This document shows, in pieces, positions 9,940-18,760 of a stretch of 63,375 bases of DNA. Each line of letters opens with the position of its first letter. Position 1 is the first letter of the stretch. The notes beneath the pieces were generated by a model. It searched no databases. It was given only the letters and a program-made list of their open reading frames with translations, and had not been told where the DNA came from. This DNA is from an uncultured Erysipelotrichaceae bacterium (GTDB taxonomy: Bacteria; Bacillota_I; Bacilli_A; Erysipelotrichales; Erysipelotrichaceae), in contig CALVCF010000041.1 of assembly GCA_944325935.1 (NCBI GenBank), positions 1-63,375 of the forward strand, written 5' to 3'. The position numbers and the translations under genes are program-made.

Positions 9940-10698
9940 CTACAAATCGACAATTAAACCGACCGGACAGTGGTCGCTGCCATAGACATCATCATAGATG
10001 ATGCTGTCGCTCACTTGAGGCATTAAACGTTTTGAGACGACAAAGTAATCAATGCGCCAACCGACGCCCCTTTCTCTTGCCCGAGCCCGATAGGACCACC
10101 AGGAATACTGAACGCGCTCTGGGTAGAGCTCACGATAAGTGTCCGCAAAACCCGCCTTTAATAATTCGCTGAATTTAGCCCTTTCTTCATCGCTGAACCC
10201 AGCATTGAAATGGTTGGTATCCGGATTCTTTAAATCGATCTCTTCATGGGCAACATTGAGATCGCCAGTATAGATAACGGGCTTTTTTTGATCAAGCTGT
10301 GTGAGATGCTTCCTTAAAAGATCCTCCCACTTCATACGATAATCAAGTCTTAAAAGTCCATCTTTCGAGTTGGGTACATAGGCGCAGACAAAATAATAAT
10401 CGCGATATTCAAGAGTGATGACTCTGCCCTCTAAAGGTTCGTCTTCCCCTTCGATATCATAAATAACGTTTAAGGGTTCTTCCTTGCTGATGACCATCAC
10501 GCCCGAATAGCCCTTGCGAACGGCCGAGTTGATATAGAGATGATAACCGTCGAAGCTATGAGGCAATTGTTCAGGCTGCAATTTCGTCTCTTCAAAAGCC
10601 ATGATATCCGGGTCTTCGCTTTTAATGAATTCTAAAAGCGTCCCCTTATTCATAATGGCCCTAAGACCATTGACATTCCAGTTTAAGAGTTTCATCAA
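9940..10698 (-). CDS. xth: Exodeoxyribonuclease III (AP endonuclease)
   Basis: KLLNWNVNGLRA, ...GDLNVAHEEIDL..., SDHCPV. Confidence 0.9.
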   Translation of the reverse strand: MMKLLNWNVNGLRAIMNKGTLLEFIKSEDPDIMAFEETKLQPEQLPHSFDGYHLYINSAVRKGYSGVMVISKEEPLNVIYDIEGEDEPLEGRVITLEYRDYYFVCAYVPNSKDGLLRLDYRMKWEDLLRKHLTQLDQKKPVIYTGDLNVAHEEIDLKNPDTNHFNAGFSDEERAKFSELLKAGFADTYRELYPERVQYSWWSYRARARERGVGWRIDYFVVSKRLMPQVSDSIIYDDVYGSDHCPVGLIVDL

Positions 10699-12452
10699 AT
10701 GCTCCTTGTCGCTTTTTTGAGGAAAGCCTTTTCCTCTTCGTTTAAATAAGGCGCCAGATTCTTATATACATCCTGATGGTAGCTGTTTAAACGCTCTCTG
10801 GTCTTTTCATCAAGATACTTCAGATCGATCAGATCCAAATCAAAAGGCAGCATCGTCAAATGCTCAAAGCCTAAAAATTCGCCATACTCGCTCTCCATCT
10901 CTTTTTTACAAAGCAATAGATTCTCGCATCTAATACCAAACTTGCCTTCAAAGTAGACTCCTGGTTCATCCGAAAAGATATTGCCAGGCTTAAGGGCAAC
11001 CTCTTCACTCTTGTTGCCACAAAGACGATAGCGGATATTAGGGGGCATTTCATGCACGGCCAATACCTGTCCTACGCCATGTCCAGTGCCACAGCGATAG
11101 TCAATCCCTCTTTCCCATAAGTACTGGCGAGCTAAGATATCGAGTTTATCGCCACTTAGACCTTTCAAGAACTTAACGCTGGCTAAATTGAACATGCTGG
11201 CCAAGACTAAGGTAAAGTACATCTTGATCTCATTATCTACTTCACCCAGGGCAAAGGTCCGGGTGATATCGGTCGTCCCTTCAAAATACTGTCCGCCTGA
11301 ATCGATCAAGATAATGCCTGCATTGTGCAAGGGGGCATTGACTTCTTTGGTGGGGGAATAGTGCATCATAGCGGCATTGGCATTATAGCCGACGATCGTG
11401 TTGAAACTTAGATCGAAAGCCTTATATTCTAAACGGGCGCGATTGACCTTGAGCTTGACATCATATTCAGTGAGCCCTTCTTTATCGCTTTCCTTGAGCC
11501 ACTTCATAAAGCGCAGCATCGCCACCCCGTCATAGATATGAGCCAGCTTATTATTTTTGATCTCGATTGGATTTTTGACCATCTTCATCTCTTCGATGAG
11601 TCCTAACATATGATGGATCTCATTCGACCTATCTAGCAGACGGTAGGTTTCATAAGAGCACTTGTTTTCATCGAGTAAGACAACTTCTTTTCTTAAAGAC
11701 CGGATAAAATCATAAAATGCCTCGTAGGGCCTTACGATCACACCGTCTTCGTAAAGACCTTCTAAGATCTGGTCTGACAAACGAGACTTGTTGATAAAGA
11801 GATAGACATTATCGCGGTTGAAGACGATGTTGGCCAAAAAAACTGGCGTATAGGCGATGTCGTTGCCTCTTAGATTGAGGATATAAGCGACCGATTCCAG
11901 ATTTTGGGTGATCATCGTTTTTTGATGCAAAACTTCCTTGATGATGCATAGCTTTTCAAGGCGCGTTAAGCCTGTGTATTTTTTGGCTAATTCATAGAGC
12001 ATGTCGCTGTTTAAAGGAGAAAGATAAAAAAAAAGATCGCTATATAGATCAATACTTTCAACTTTGATCTTATGAGCTAAAAGCTTTTTGACCAAAGCGG
12101 CACTGACGACTCTTCCATCTAAGCCAACGACCTTTCCTTTGGCATATTTGATCAAATAATCTTCGGCACTTAAGACCCCTTTCACACCAAGTCTTTCTAA
12201 TATAATATCTGTTCCTTCGATCTCCTTTTGGGCTTGGGTATGATAGCGCCCATCTACGAAAAGATGAGCATCGTGCTTGCTGACGACAAGTTGTCCTAAA
12301 GAACCGCTAAAACCCGAAAAATAGCGAAGAGTCTTGAAGTGCTCGCTGATATATTCAGACATGTGGTAATCACTGGTATTGATAAAATAAAAATCTACCT
12401 GTGCTTCGGTCATCTTCGCTTGTAATTCAGCTAATCTTTCTTTTATTTCCAT
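10695..12452 (-). CDS. Aminopeptidase P family (M24B Xaa-Pro aminopeptidase)
   Basis: Creatinase-like N-terminal domains and an M24 core (DSGGQY, GHGVG, SDEPGVY). The start is set at MEIKERLAELQ (ATG 12452, preceded by an AGGGGT SD); the longest ORF reaches 12539. Confidence 0.85.
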   Translation of the reverse strand: MEIKERLAELQAKMTEAQVDFYFINTSDYHMSEYISEHFKTLRYFSGFSGSLGQLVVSKHDAHLFVDGRYHTQAQKEIEGTDIILERLGVKGVLSAEDYLIKYAKGKVVGLDGRVVSAALVKKLLAHKIKVESIDLYSDLFFYLSPLNSDMLYELAKKYTGLTRLEKLCIIKEVLHQKTMITQNLESVAYILNLRGNDIAYTPVFLANIVFNRDNVYLFINKSRLSDQILEGLYEDGVIVRPYEAFYDFIRSLRKEVVLLDENKCSYETYRLLDRSNEIHHMLGLIEEMKMVKNPIEIKNNKLAHIYDGVAMLRFMKWLKESDKEGLTEYDVKLKVNRARLEYKAFDLSFNTIVGYNANAAMMHYSPTKEVNAPLHNAGIILIDSGGQYFEGTTDITRTFALGEVDNEIKMYFTLVLASMFNLASVKFLKGLSGDKLDILARQYLWERGIDYRCGTGHGVGQVLAVHEMPPNIRYRLCGNKSEEVALKPGNIFSDEPGVYFEGKFGIRCENLLLCKKEMESEYGEFLGFEHLTMLPFDLDLIDLKYLDEKTRERLNSYHQDVYKNLAPYLNEEEKAFLKKATRSI

Positions 12453-12600
12453 ACCCCTAATTTTAGCACAAAGCCTCATAAATCTCGCTATTATTATGCC
12501 CGATCTTTCACCTCGCTCTCCTTTGATCTTAAGATCCATCCATATGGAAATCTCGCATAAGAAACAGCGACTTTTTAACTTTAAAGCTAAGCGCCAATTA

Positions 12601-12624
12601 AAAAGCGCACTTGGATGCGCTTTT
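12601..12624 (-). terminator. Hairpin terminator downstream of bcp
   Basis: 9-bp stem aaaagcgca/tgcgctttt with loop cttgga. A/T runs lie on both sides. Confidence 0.55.
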
Positions 12625-12651
12625 AAACTTGTCTTGTCTTTATAAGGATCA

Positions 12652-13116
12652 TTAAGCTTGGCTGTCTAAAAACGCCAAGACCTCTTTAGCATTTTCATTC
12701 ACTTTGACTTTGGGATAGCTTTTTATGATCACGCCATCTTCATCAATGACATAGGTCGATCGGACTGTGCCCATCGAAACCTTGCCATAAAGTTTCTTTT
12801 CCTTCCAAACATCATAGGCCTCGATAACCTGATGCTCAGGATCGGCCAGCAGGATGAAGGGCAGATCGTGCTTAGTTTTGAAATTTAAATGAGAACGGCT
12901 GTTATCCTTACTGACGGCGATAACGATAACATCGCGTTTTTCAAATTCAGCAAACAGCTCTTTGAATGCCAAGGCCTCTTTTGTACAGCCTGGAGTATTA
13001 TCTTTCGGATAAAAATATAAGATGACCTTATGACCTTTAAAATCTTTTAAGCTTATTATTTCGCCTTTCTCGTTAGCCAGGCTGAAATCGGGTGCTTTGC
13101 TTCCTATTTCTAACAT
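12652..13116 (-). CDS. bcp: Thiol peroxidase / peroxiredoxin Bcp
   Basis: GSKAPDF..., VILYFYPKDNTPGCT (peroxidatic Cys). The start is set at MLEIGSKAPDF. Confidence 0.85.
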   Translation of the reverse strand: MLEIGSKAPDFSLANEKGEIISLKDFKGHKVILYFYPKDNTPGCTKEALAFKELFAEFEKRDVIVIAVSKDNSRSHLNFKTKHDLPFILLADPEHQVIEAYDVWKEKKLYGKVSMGTVRSTYVIDEDGVIIKSYPKVKVNENAKEVLAFLDSQA

Positions 13117-13126
13117 AATTTTGCTC

Positions 13127-13951
13127 CTATAATCGATGAAAGATCGGCTGCATCTTATCAAAAGTGCAGTATTCTTTAAAACCGAGTTCTTTTAAATAAG
13201 TCATGCCTGCTTTGATATGCGCTCCCAAATGTTCTTTTTTATGTGAATCTGAACCCAGGGTGATGATCGTGCCCCCCAGATCTTTATATAACATCAAGAT
13301 ATCTTTGCTGGGCGTTGAATCCTTAAGACCATAGCGGATAGATGAAGTATTAAGCTCAAGGCCCTTGCCATCTTTAATGGCGACCTTTAAGATCTCTGCG
13401 ATCAGGTCTTTTAGTTTAATAAAGGGATAGACACCTAATTGATCATAGCGCACAAGATGATCGAGATGACCTAAGACAGCATAATTCTTATAATGCTGGA
13501 CCGCATATAAGATCTCTTTGTAATAACCTTCATTGTATTCTTTTTGGCTTTTTCCTTTCTGGTAATCACCCAAGAAAAACTCCTTATCATCGACCTGATG
13601 GACGGAAAGGATCACAAAATCAAGCGGATATTTACAAAAAAGCTTTTCAAAATCGGAGACCGTATGTCGTTGAATGCCAAATTCCAAGCCCCTTTTCAAG
13701 GTGATCTCGCCAGCGTATTTACGCTTCAATTCTTCAATTAAAGGAAAGTAGCGCTCATAGTCGACATTAGCTAAAAAACGTCCATCAACGATAAGCGGAC
13801 CATCATCCAGATCCCTTTTGACTCCGTAATCGACATGATCGGTAAAACAGATCTCGCTAAGTCCTAGGGCGATCGCATCCTTCACCACTTCTTCCATTGG
13901 ATAATCAGAGTCATCGCTAAAGGATGTGTGTACATGATAATCTACTAACAT
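13127..13951 (-). CDS. PHP-domain histidinol-phosphatase family protein (HisJ-like)
   Basis: N-terminal MLVDYHVHTSFSDDS and later LGSDSH, typical of PHP metal ligands. Confidence 0.8.
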   Translation of the reverse strand: MLVDYHVHTSFSDDSDYPMEEVVKDAIALGLSEICFTDHVDYGVKRDLDDGPLIVDGRFLANVDYERYFPLIEELKRKYAGEITLKRGLEFGIQRHTVSDFEKLFCKYPLDFVILSVHQVDDKEFFLGDYQKGKSQKEYNEGYYKEILYAVQHYKNYAVLGHLDHLVRYDQLGVYPFIKLKDLIAEILKVAIKDGKGLELNTSSIRYGLKDSTPSKDILMLYKDLGGTIITLGSDSHKKEHLGAHIKAGMTYLKELGFKEYCTFDKMQPIFHRL

Positions 13952-14382
13952 TTTCTAGTCTCCTTTAGTAAATGTTTACAACCCTCTAAGATCTCATTAT
14001 AGGCGGTCTCAAAATCATCGCTATACCAGGGATCGGCGACCGGCTTTTCATTAAGCATCCTGATCTTGCCTTTGGGATCTTGAAATATCCTTCTTAAATC
14101 TTGCAGGTTGTATCTATCCATCGCGATGATGCGATCCCATTTATCATATTCGTCCTTTTCGATATGGCGGGCTCGATGTGCCCTCACTTTAACGCCTTTT
14201 TCTAAAAGTTTACTCTTAGCTTTAGGATAAATGGTATTACCGATCTCTTCATAACTTGTGGCGCATGAATCGATCATATAATTCTCGCTTTCCTTAGCAT
14301 CGTCGACCAGCTTTTGCATAATACATTCTGCCATTACCGATCGGCAGATATTGCCATGACAAACAAACAGTATTCTAACCAC
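13945..14382 (-). CDS. Low-molecular-weight protein-tyrosine phosphatase
   Basis: P-loop ILFVCHGNICRS and the DPWY/DD motif near the C-terminus. Confidence 0.85.
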   Translation of the reverse strand: MVRILFVCHGNICRSVMAECIMQKLVDDAKESENYMIDSCATSYEEIGNTIYPKAKSKLLEKGVKVRAHRARHIEKDEYDKWDRIIAMDRYNLQDLRRIFQDPKGKIRMLNEKPVADPWYSDDFETAYNEILEGCKHLLKETRKC

Positions 14383-14393
14383 ACTTATATCCC

Positions 14394-15458
14394 CTAATAG
14401 ATATCAACATAGATATCGGCATAATCATATTCCGGATCAGTATATAAAGCGACCCGCATATTATCGTTAGTATAATCAAGATTGTTTTCATAATTGCCCA
14501 TCGCGATGAAATCCTGCCTGAAGCTTTCGCTGATCGTTGGTCTTGCCAAATAGCGCTCGTTTTTAGCTTCAACATTTGACGACAACAACAAAGCGTGGTA
14601 TTCATCTAAAGTAGCTTGAGCCTCATCTAAATTAGTTACAATATCTTTAGCGACATCAAGATCATAGGAATAGCCTACATGGTTGATAAGGCCGTCATTG
14701 TCGATGTTGATGCTGATGTAATGATCCATCTCATAGTTAAAATATGCGCTGTAGTAATAGCCATACTCATCGTATTCCAGTTCGCTGTGAAAGGTGCTGT
14801 AGCTTTCATCTAAAAAAGCTGCATCAAGCTTTGTGAAGGTCTCTTCAACACGGTCTAAAGCTGCTTGCCGAAAACTGAGATTTGAAACAAGTGCAGGAAT
14901 ATAAGTGCTGACATTCAATAAAAGACATGCGATCATGATAAGTTTAAAAAGGAGCGACCTTTTTGGTTTAGCTAGATGATAAGCATCAAAGGCATATTCG
15001 ATCTTATAAGCCAACGGGCGCAGCTTCTTATTAAAAATGAACTTATTGGAACTTAGTTCTCTTTTTATTTTAGAGGTCGAGCGCCTTCTGGCCTTGGCAA
15101 GATCCGACAAAGAGACATGTTCGCTGTCCTCTAAACCGCCATGCACAAGCTCGGTGTCGATCTTGGCTTCTACTTCTTGCCACAACCGGTCATCTTGGGC
15201 TTTTTTTAAAACTGAAGAAGCATAAAAATATAAAACGATCAAGGCCAAGATCAAAACCAGTAATAAATAAGGACTAAGCATGGCAGCAAAAGAGCCCCAC
15301 TTGTTTTCTATGTCGCTTGCACTCATCATGGCTGCAACGATAGAACCAAAGACAAAGTTGATTAAAATGCCCAAGAAAATAAATAACAGGGCGTATTTAC
15401 TGACAGTCAGGGCAAAGTGGTATTTCGCTAAAAGTCTTGTTTCTTCTTTGTTTAACAT
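14394..15458 (-). CDS. Membrane protein, unknown function
   Basis: Three hydrophobic segments followed by a Tyr/Asp-rich extracytoplasmic-looking domain. No motif recognised. Confidence 0.5.
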   Translation of the reverse strand: MLNKEETRLLAKYHFALTVSKYALLFIFLGILINFVFGSIVAAMMSASDIENKWGSFAAMLSPYLLLVLILALIVLYFYASSVLKKAQDDRLWQEVEAKIDTELVHGGLEDSEHVSLSDLAKARRRSTSKIKRELSSNKFIFNKKLRPLAYKIEYAFDAYHLAKPKRSLLFKLIMIACLLLNVSTYIPALVSNLSFRQAALDRVEETFTKLDAAFLDESYSTFHSELEYDEYGYYYSAYFNYEMDHYISINIDNDGLINHVGYSYDLDVAKDIVTNLDEAQATLDEYHALLLSSNVEAKNERYLARPTISESFRQDFIAMGNYENNLDYTNDNMRVALYTDPEYDYADIYVDIY

Positions 15459-15490
15459 ACTTCTGTCTCCCGTTTTTATCTTAACACAAG

Positions 15491-16633
15491 CTAAAGGCAG
15501 TTCTTGAGGATTTTCAGAATATCTTCATGGTCCAAAAGACAGGGCCCGGTCTTGACGATCGTAACCGAAGCTGCCACTTTATTTAAAAGCGCTTCATCGA
15601 TCTTGACCTTAGACGCTAATTCTTCAAAAGATGAGGGAAGTCCCATTTTCTCTACGAGCTCTTTTAAGGCTTTAAGACCCTCTTCAGCACCATCTTTATC
15701 AAAGACAAGTTTCGCTATCCTTTCAAGTTTCACTTTAGCTTCTTCTTTGATATATGCGTAATATGCCGGTAAGATCAAGGCTAGACCCTCGCCATGATTG
15801 CAATCCGTAAAGACAGCTAGCTGGTGCTCGATTTTATGGCTGGTAAAATCTAGCTCTTTACCGATCTTGGTAAGTCCGTTTTCCGCCATCGCACTATCCC
15901 ACATCAGATTGCGTCTGGCATCCATATCAAAAAAATCTTCCAGTAAGTGTTCGATATTATTGACTGTATTTCTGGCGATCGCTAGGGCGATATCATCCGA
16001 GACATTGTCTTTATTGCTTTGACCAAGATAGGCTTCTAAGGCGTGGCTCAAAGTATCAAAGGCCGCCGCAAACAATTGTCTTTTGGGAATCGTGAGCGTA
16101 TAGCTTGGATCCAATACAGCAAAAAGCGGCGCCCTAGTCTTCATACCTCTTTTAATCATTGCGTTTTCATTAGTAATGACCCCAATATCATTCATCTCGC
16201 TGCCCGTGCCAGCGATCGTCAAGATCGCCCCTACAGGCAAAGACCGGTCACTCCTAAGACCTCTTTCAAATTGTAACTGCCACAGATCTTCTTCATAACA
16301 TGCGCTTGCAGCAATGACTTTGGCGCAATCGATCACACTGCCACCGCCCACTGCTAAAACAAAACCAACCTTTTCTTTCTTGGCCAGGCTTGCCCCTTCC
16401 AAGACCTTTTGATAGGTGGGATTTGGCATGACGCCGGAAAACTCGACGACCTCTTTCCCCTTTTCTTTTAAAAGGCTAGTCACCTTGTCATAAAGGCCGT
16501 TTCTTTTTATGCTGCCTTCACCATATACCAGCAATACTTTGTCTTGGATCTGATCGAATTCGCTTTGTGCCTTGTCAAGGGCACCATCGCCGAAATAAAT
16601 CCTCACCGGATAGGAGAAAATAAAATCTTTCAT
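15491..16633 (-). CDS. Iron-containing (group III) alcohol dehydrogenase
   Basis: LAVGGGSVIDCAK plus the metal-binding His cluster (HKIEHQL..., CNHGEGLA). Confidence 0.85.
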   Translation of the reverse strand: MKDFIFSYPVRIYFGDGALDKAQSEFDQIQDKVLLVYGEGSIKRNGLYDKVTSLLKEKGKEVVEFSGVMPNPTYQKVLEGASLAKKEKVGFVLAVGGGSVIDCAKVIAASACYEEDLWQLQFERGLRSDRSLPVGAILTIAGTGSEMNDIGVITNENAMIKRGMKTRAPLFAVLDPSYTLTIPKRQLFAAAFDTLSHALEAYLGQSNKDNVSDDIALAIARNTVNNIEHLLEDFFDMDARRNLMWDSAMAENGLTKIGKELDFTSHKIEHQLAVFTDCNHGEGLALILPAYYAYIKEEAKVKLERIAKLVFDKDGAEEGLKALKELVEKMGLPSSFEELASKVKIDEALLNKVAASVTIVKTGPCLLDHEDILKILKNCL

Positions 16634-17967
16634 AAAACCTCGCTTATATTTTGTCTTTTATCATGATCCTGCATGGCTCTTAAAACTTTTAAAGCCAGCT
16701 CATCCTGCATGGCCGCTCCTGTTTGATCTATTAAGGTGTCCAAAGCTTTTTTGACAAGCGCATTAACTTTTAAGCTCTTCAATTTTCCATCATCCAACAA
16801 GCCTTTTTGATGCAAGGCATAAAGATAGACTAAAGACTTGGCCGAAACATGATCAAGACTTGTGGCGATCTTGTCTAAACGGGCCATTTCTTCATCATCT
16901 AAAAGTTCTCTAGCTAAAAGATAGGCATTGAGTGCGCTGTTTTTAGTATGATCGTAGCGCCGATTACCGATCTGCAAGAGCTCTTTAAGCTTGGTTCGCG
17001 TTTTAGATGGGGCTAAGATCTCCACATGTTCGATATGACTCAGGGCAAAATAGATCATCTCTTTTTCACTTGTTTCAAGACTTGCTAAAAAGCCCTTGCT
17101 GTTGAAACCTTTTTGGATCTTGATCGAACTTGAGAACAGTTCTAAGATCTCGTCTAAAACACATGTATCGAATAAGACGCTAAACTCTTCGACTTCTCCT
17201 TCAAGACCTAAGATATGAGGACGCATGTAGCTATAGGCGTCAAAACTGTTTTCTAGCTCAAAGCTAAGGCGTGAGATCTTGACATCAGTAAGACGCTCCA
17301 GACGTAAATGGACGATATCCTGAACAAATTGTTTTTGATGATAAGGATGGCCCAATAAATAAAAATGATCATTTTTACAAACAAGACCTAAAGGACAAAG
17401 TTGTTTATTATTATGATAGAGCTTTTCTAACTCAGCATTTTCGTTATAGTAGAGATAATTGTAAGAAATGATCTTCTGTTCTCGGATCGCCTTAAAGATC
17501 AGCTCCAGATTCTTAAAAAAGAGCGGGTCGTCCTTTTTGGCGATCTCGAAGAGATTATTGATCTCAAAGGACTGGATAAAATTATTACTTTGAACATGCT
17601 GCAAGGTGGCGACCAGATCATCCCTAAAGCGTGCATTGACCCCGGCATGGGCGATCAGGGCATGTGTTAAAAAGATGCTTTCATAATTTTCGACATTGCG
17701 CTTGATGAAATAGTGCGAGCCTTTTTTATCAATATGGACGTCAAGCAAGTGATGTTCATAGAGCTTATTGATCTCAGCAATATATTTGTGTAACGTCTGT
17801 CTGGTCAACAGCTGCTGGCCTTTTTCTAATTTTACACCACTAACTTCACCATATTTTTGACCGATCAGATCGATCATCTCTTGGACGCTCAAAGGGTGAT
17901 CATAATCAGTATCAGCTAATAAGATCGCAATAAAATATAAGATCAGATTCGTTGTTTTCTTTATCAT
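16630..17967 (-). CDS. Putative wHTH + WYL-like domain transcriptional regulator with an extra C-terminal helical extension
   Basis: The N-terminus LILYFIAILLADTDYDHPLSVQEMIDLI matches the pattern of Firmicute WYL-regulator wHTH domains. A central ...NDHFYLLGHPY... sits at the WYL position. Confidence 0.45.
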   Translation of the reverse strand: MIKKTTNLILYFIAILLADTDYDHPLSVQEMIDLIGQKYGEVSGVKLEKGQQLLTRQTLHKYIAEINKLYEHHLLDVHIDKKGSHYFIKRNVENYESIFLTHALIAHAGVNARFRDDLVATLQHVQSNNFIQSFEINNLFEIAKKDDPLFFKNLELIFKAIREQKIISYNYLYYNENAELEKLYHNNKQLCPLGLVCKNDHFYLLGHPYHQKQFVQDIVHLRLERLTDVKISRLSFELENSFDAYSYMRPHILGLEGEVEEFSVLFDTCVLDEILELFSSSIKIQKGFNSKGFLASLETSEKEMIYFALSHIEHVEILAPSKTRTKLKELLQIGNRRYDHTKNSALNAYLLARELLDDEEMARLDKIATSLDHVSAKSLVYLYALHQKGLLDDGKLKSLKVNALVKKALDTLIDQTGAAMQDELALKVLRAMQDHDKRQNISEVL

Positions 17968-18038
17968 AGCTCGCCTGCCCCTTTATTAATTATACGCTAC
18001 GAAGAAGTTGTGAGCCAAAAGAAAAAGGGCGCTTGGCC

Positions 18039-18737
18039 CTAATTGTCACTGCGCGAATTGCCAAAGATCGCTAAGATCCTTACAAACAAATTGATGAAGT
18101 CAAGATAGAGCTGGAAGGCACCGTAGATCGAAAGCTTGGCATTTAGCTCTTCATCATCCATCGTATTGGTATATAGTTGCCTTAAGGTCTGCATATCATA
18201 GGCGATAAGACCTAGGAAGATGATGATCGCCAGATAGTTGATGATATTGTTCATGGCGTAAGAATGGAAAAGCAGATTGTTTAAAAGGGTCGAGATCAAG
18301 ATCGCGACTAGGCCGGCAATGAAGTATGGTGTAAACTTGGTCAGATCCATCTTGGTCGTATGGCCGATGATCGACATGCAGATAAAGACGACCGCCGTCA
18401 TGGTAAAGGCCATGGCGATCGAGCCTAGATCATAGACTAAAAATAAGGTTGAAAAAGTTACGCCCGTCAAGACCGAGTAGATTACAAAGCAAAGGCGGGC
18501 TTTGCTGGCGCTCATACTTAAAAGGTGCGAGGTAAAATATAATGTCACGCCAACCTGTGCAAACGCGACGATCAAAAAGACAAAGAAGTTGACCGAAAGC
18601 GTGGGGAACATATAGGCGATGATAAAAGCCACTAGACCCGAAACGATCAGGCCGAGACTCATTGTGGTAAAAGTCTTTGTTAAGAAAGTGCGGAAAGTAT
18701 CGCGGCTTTCACTATAGGTATATTCTTGGTATTGCAT
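18039..18737 (-). CDS. Bax-inhibitor-1/YccA-family membrane protein
   Basis: Seven hydrophobic helices and the conserved C-terminal ...AFQLYLDFINLFVRIL... Confidence 0.8.
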   Translation of the reverse strand: MQYQEYTYSESRDTFRTFLTKTFTTMSLGLIVSGLVAFIIAYMFPTLSVNFFVFLIVAFAQVGVTLYFTSHLLSMSASKARLCFVIYSVLTGVTFSTLFLVYDLGSIAMAFTMTAVVFICMSIIGHTTKMDLTKFTPYFIAGLVAILISTLLNNLLFHSYAMNNIINYLAIIIFLGLIAYDMQTLRQLYTNTMDDEELNAKLSIYGAFQLYLDFINLFVRILAIFGNSRSDN

Positions 18738-18760
18738 TAAAATGCCTCCTTTTTGAATGA

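Noticed and set aside
14375-14605. 76-aa ORF overlapping the 3' end of the 354-aa membrane protein gene and the LMW-PTP start
   Set aside because: It lies in an alternative frame of a longer ORF that better fits the operon spacing. It has no RBS, and its composition is typical of an off-frame translation.
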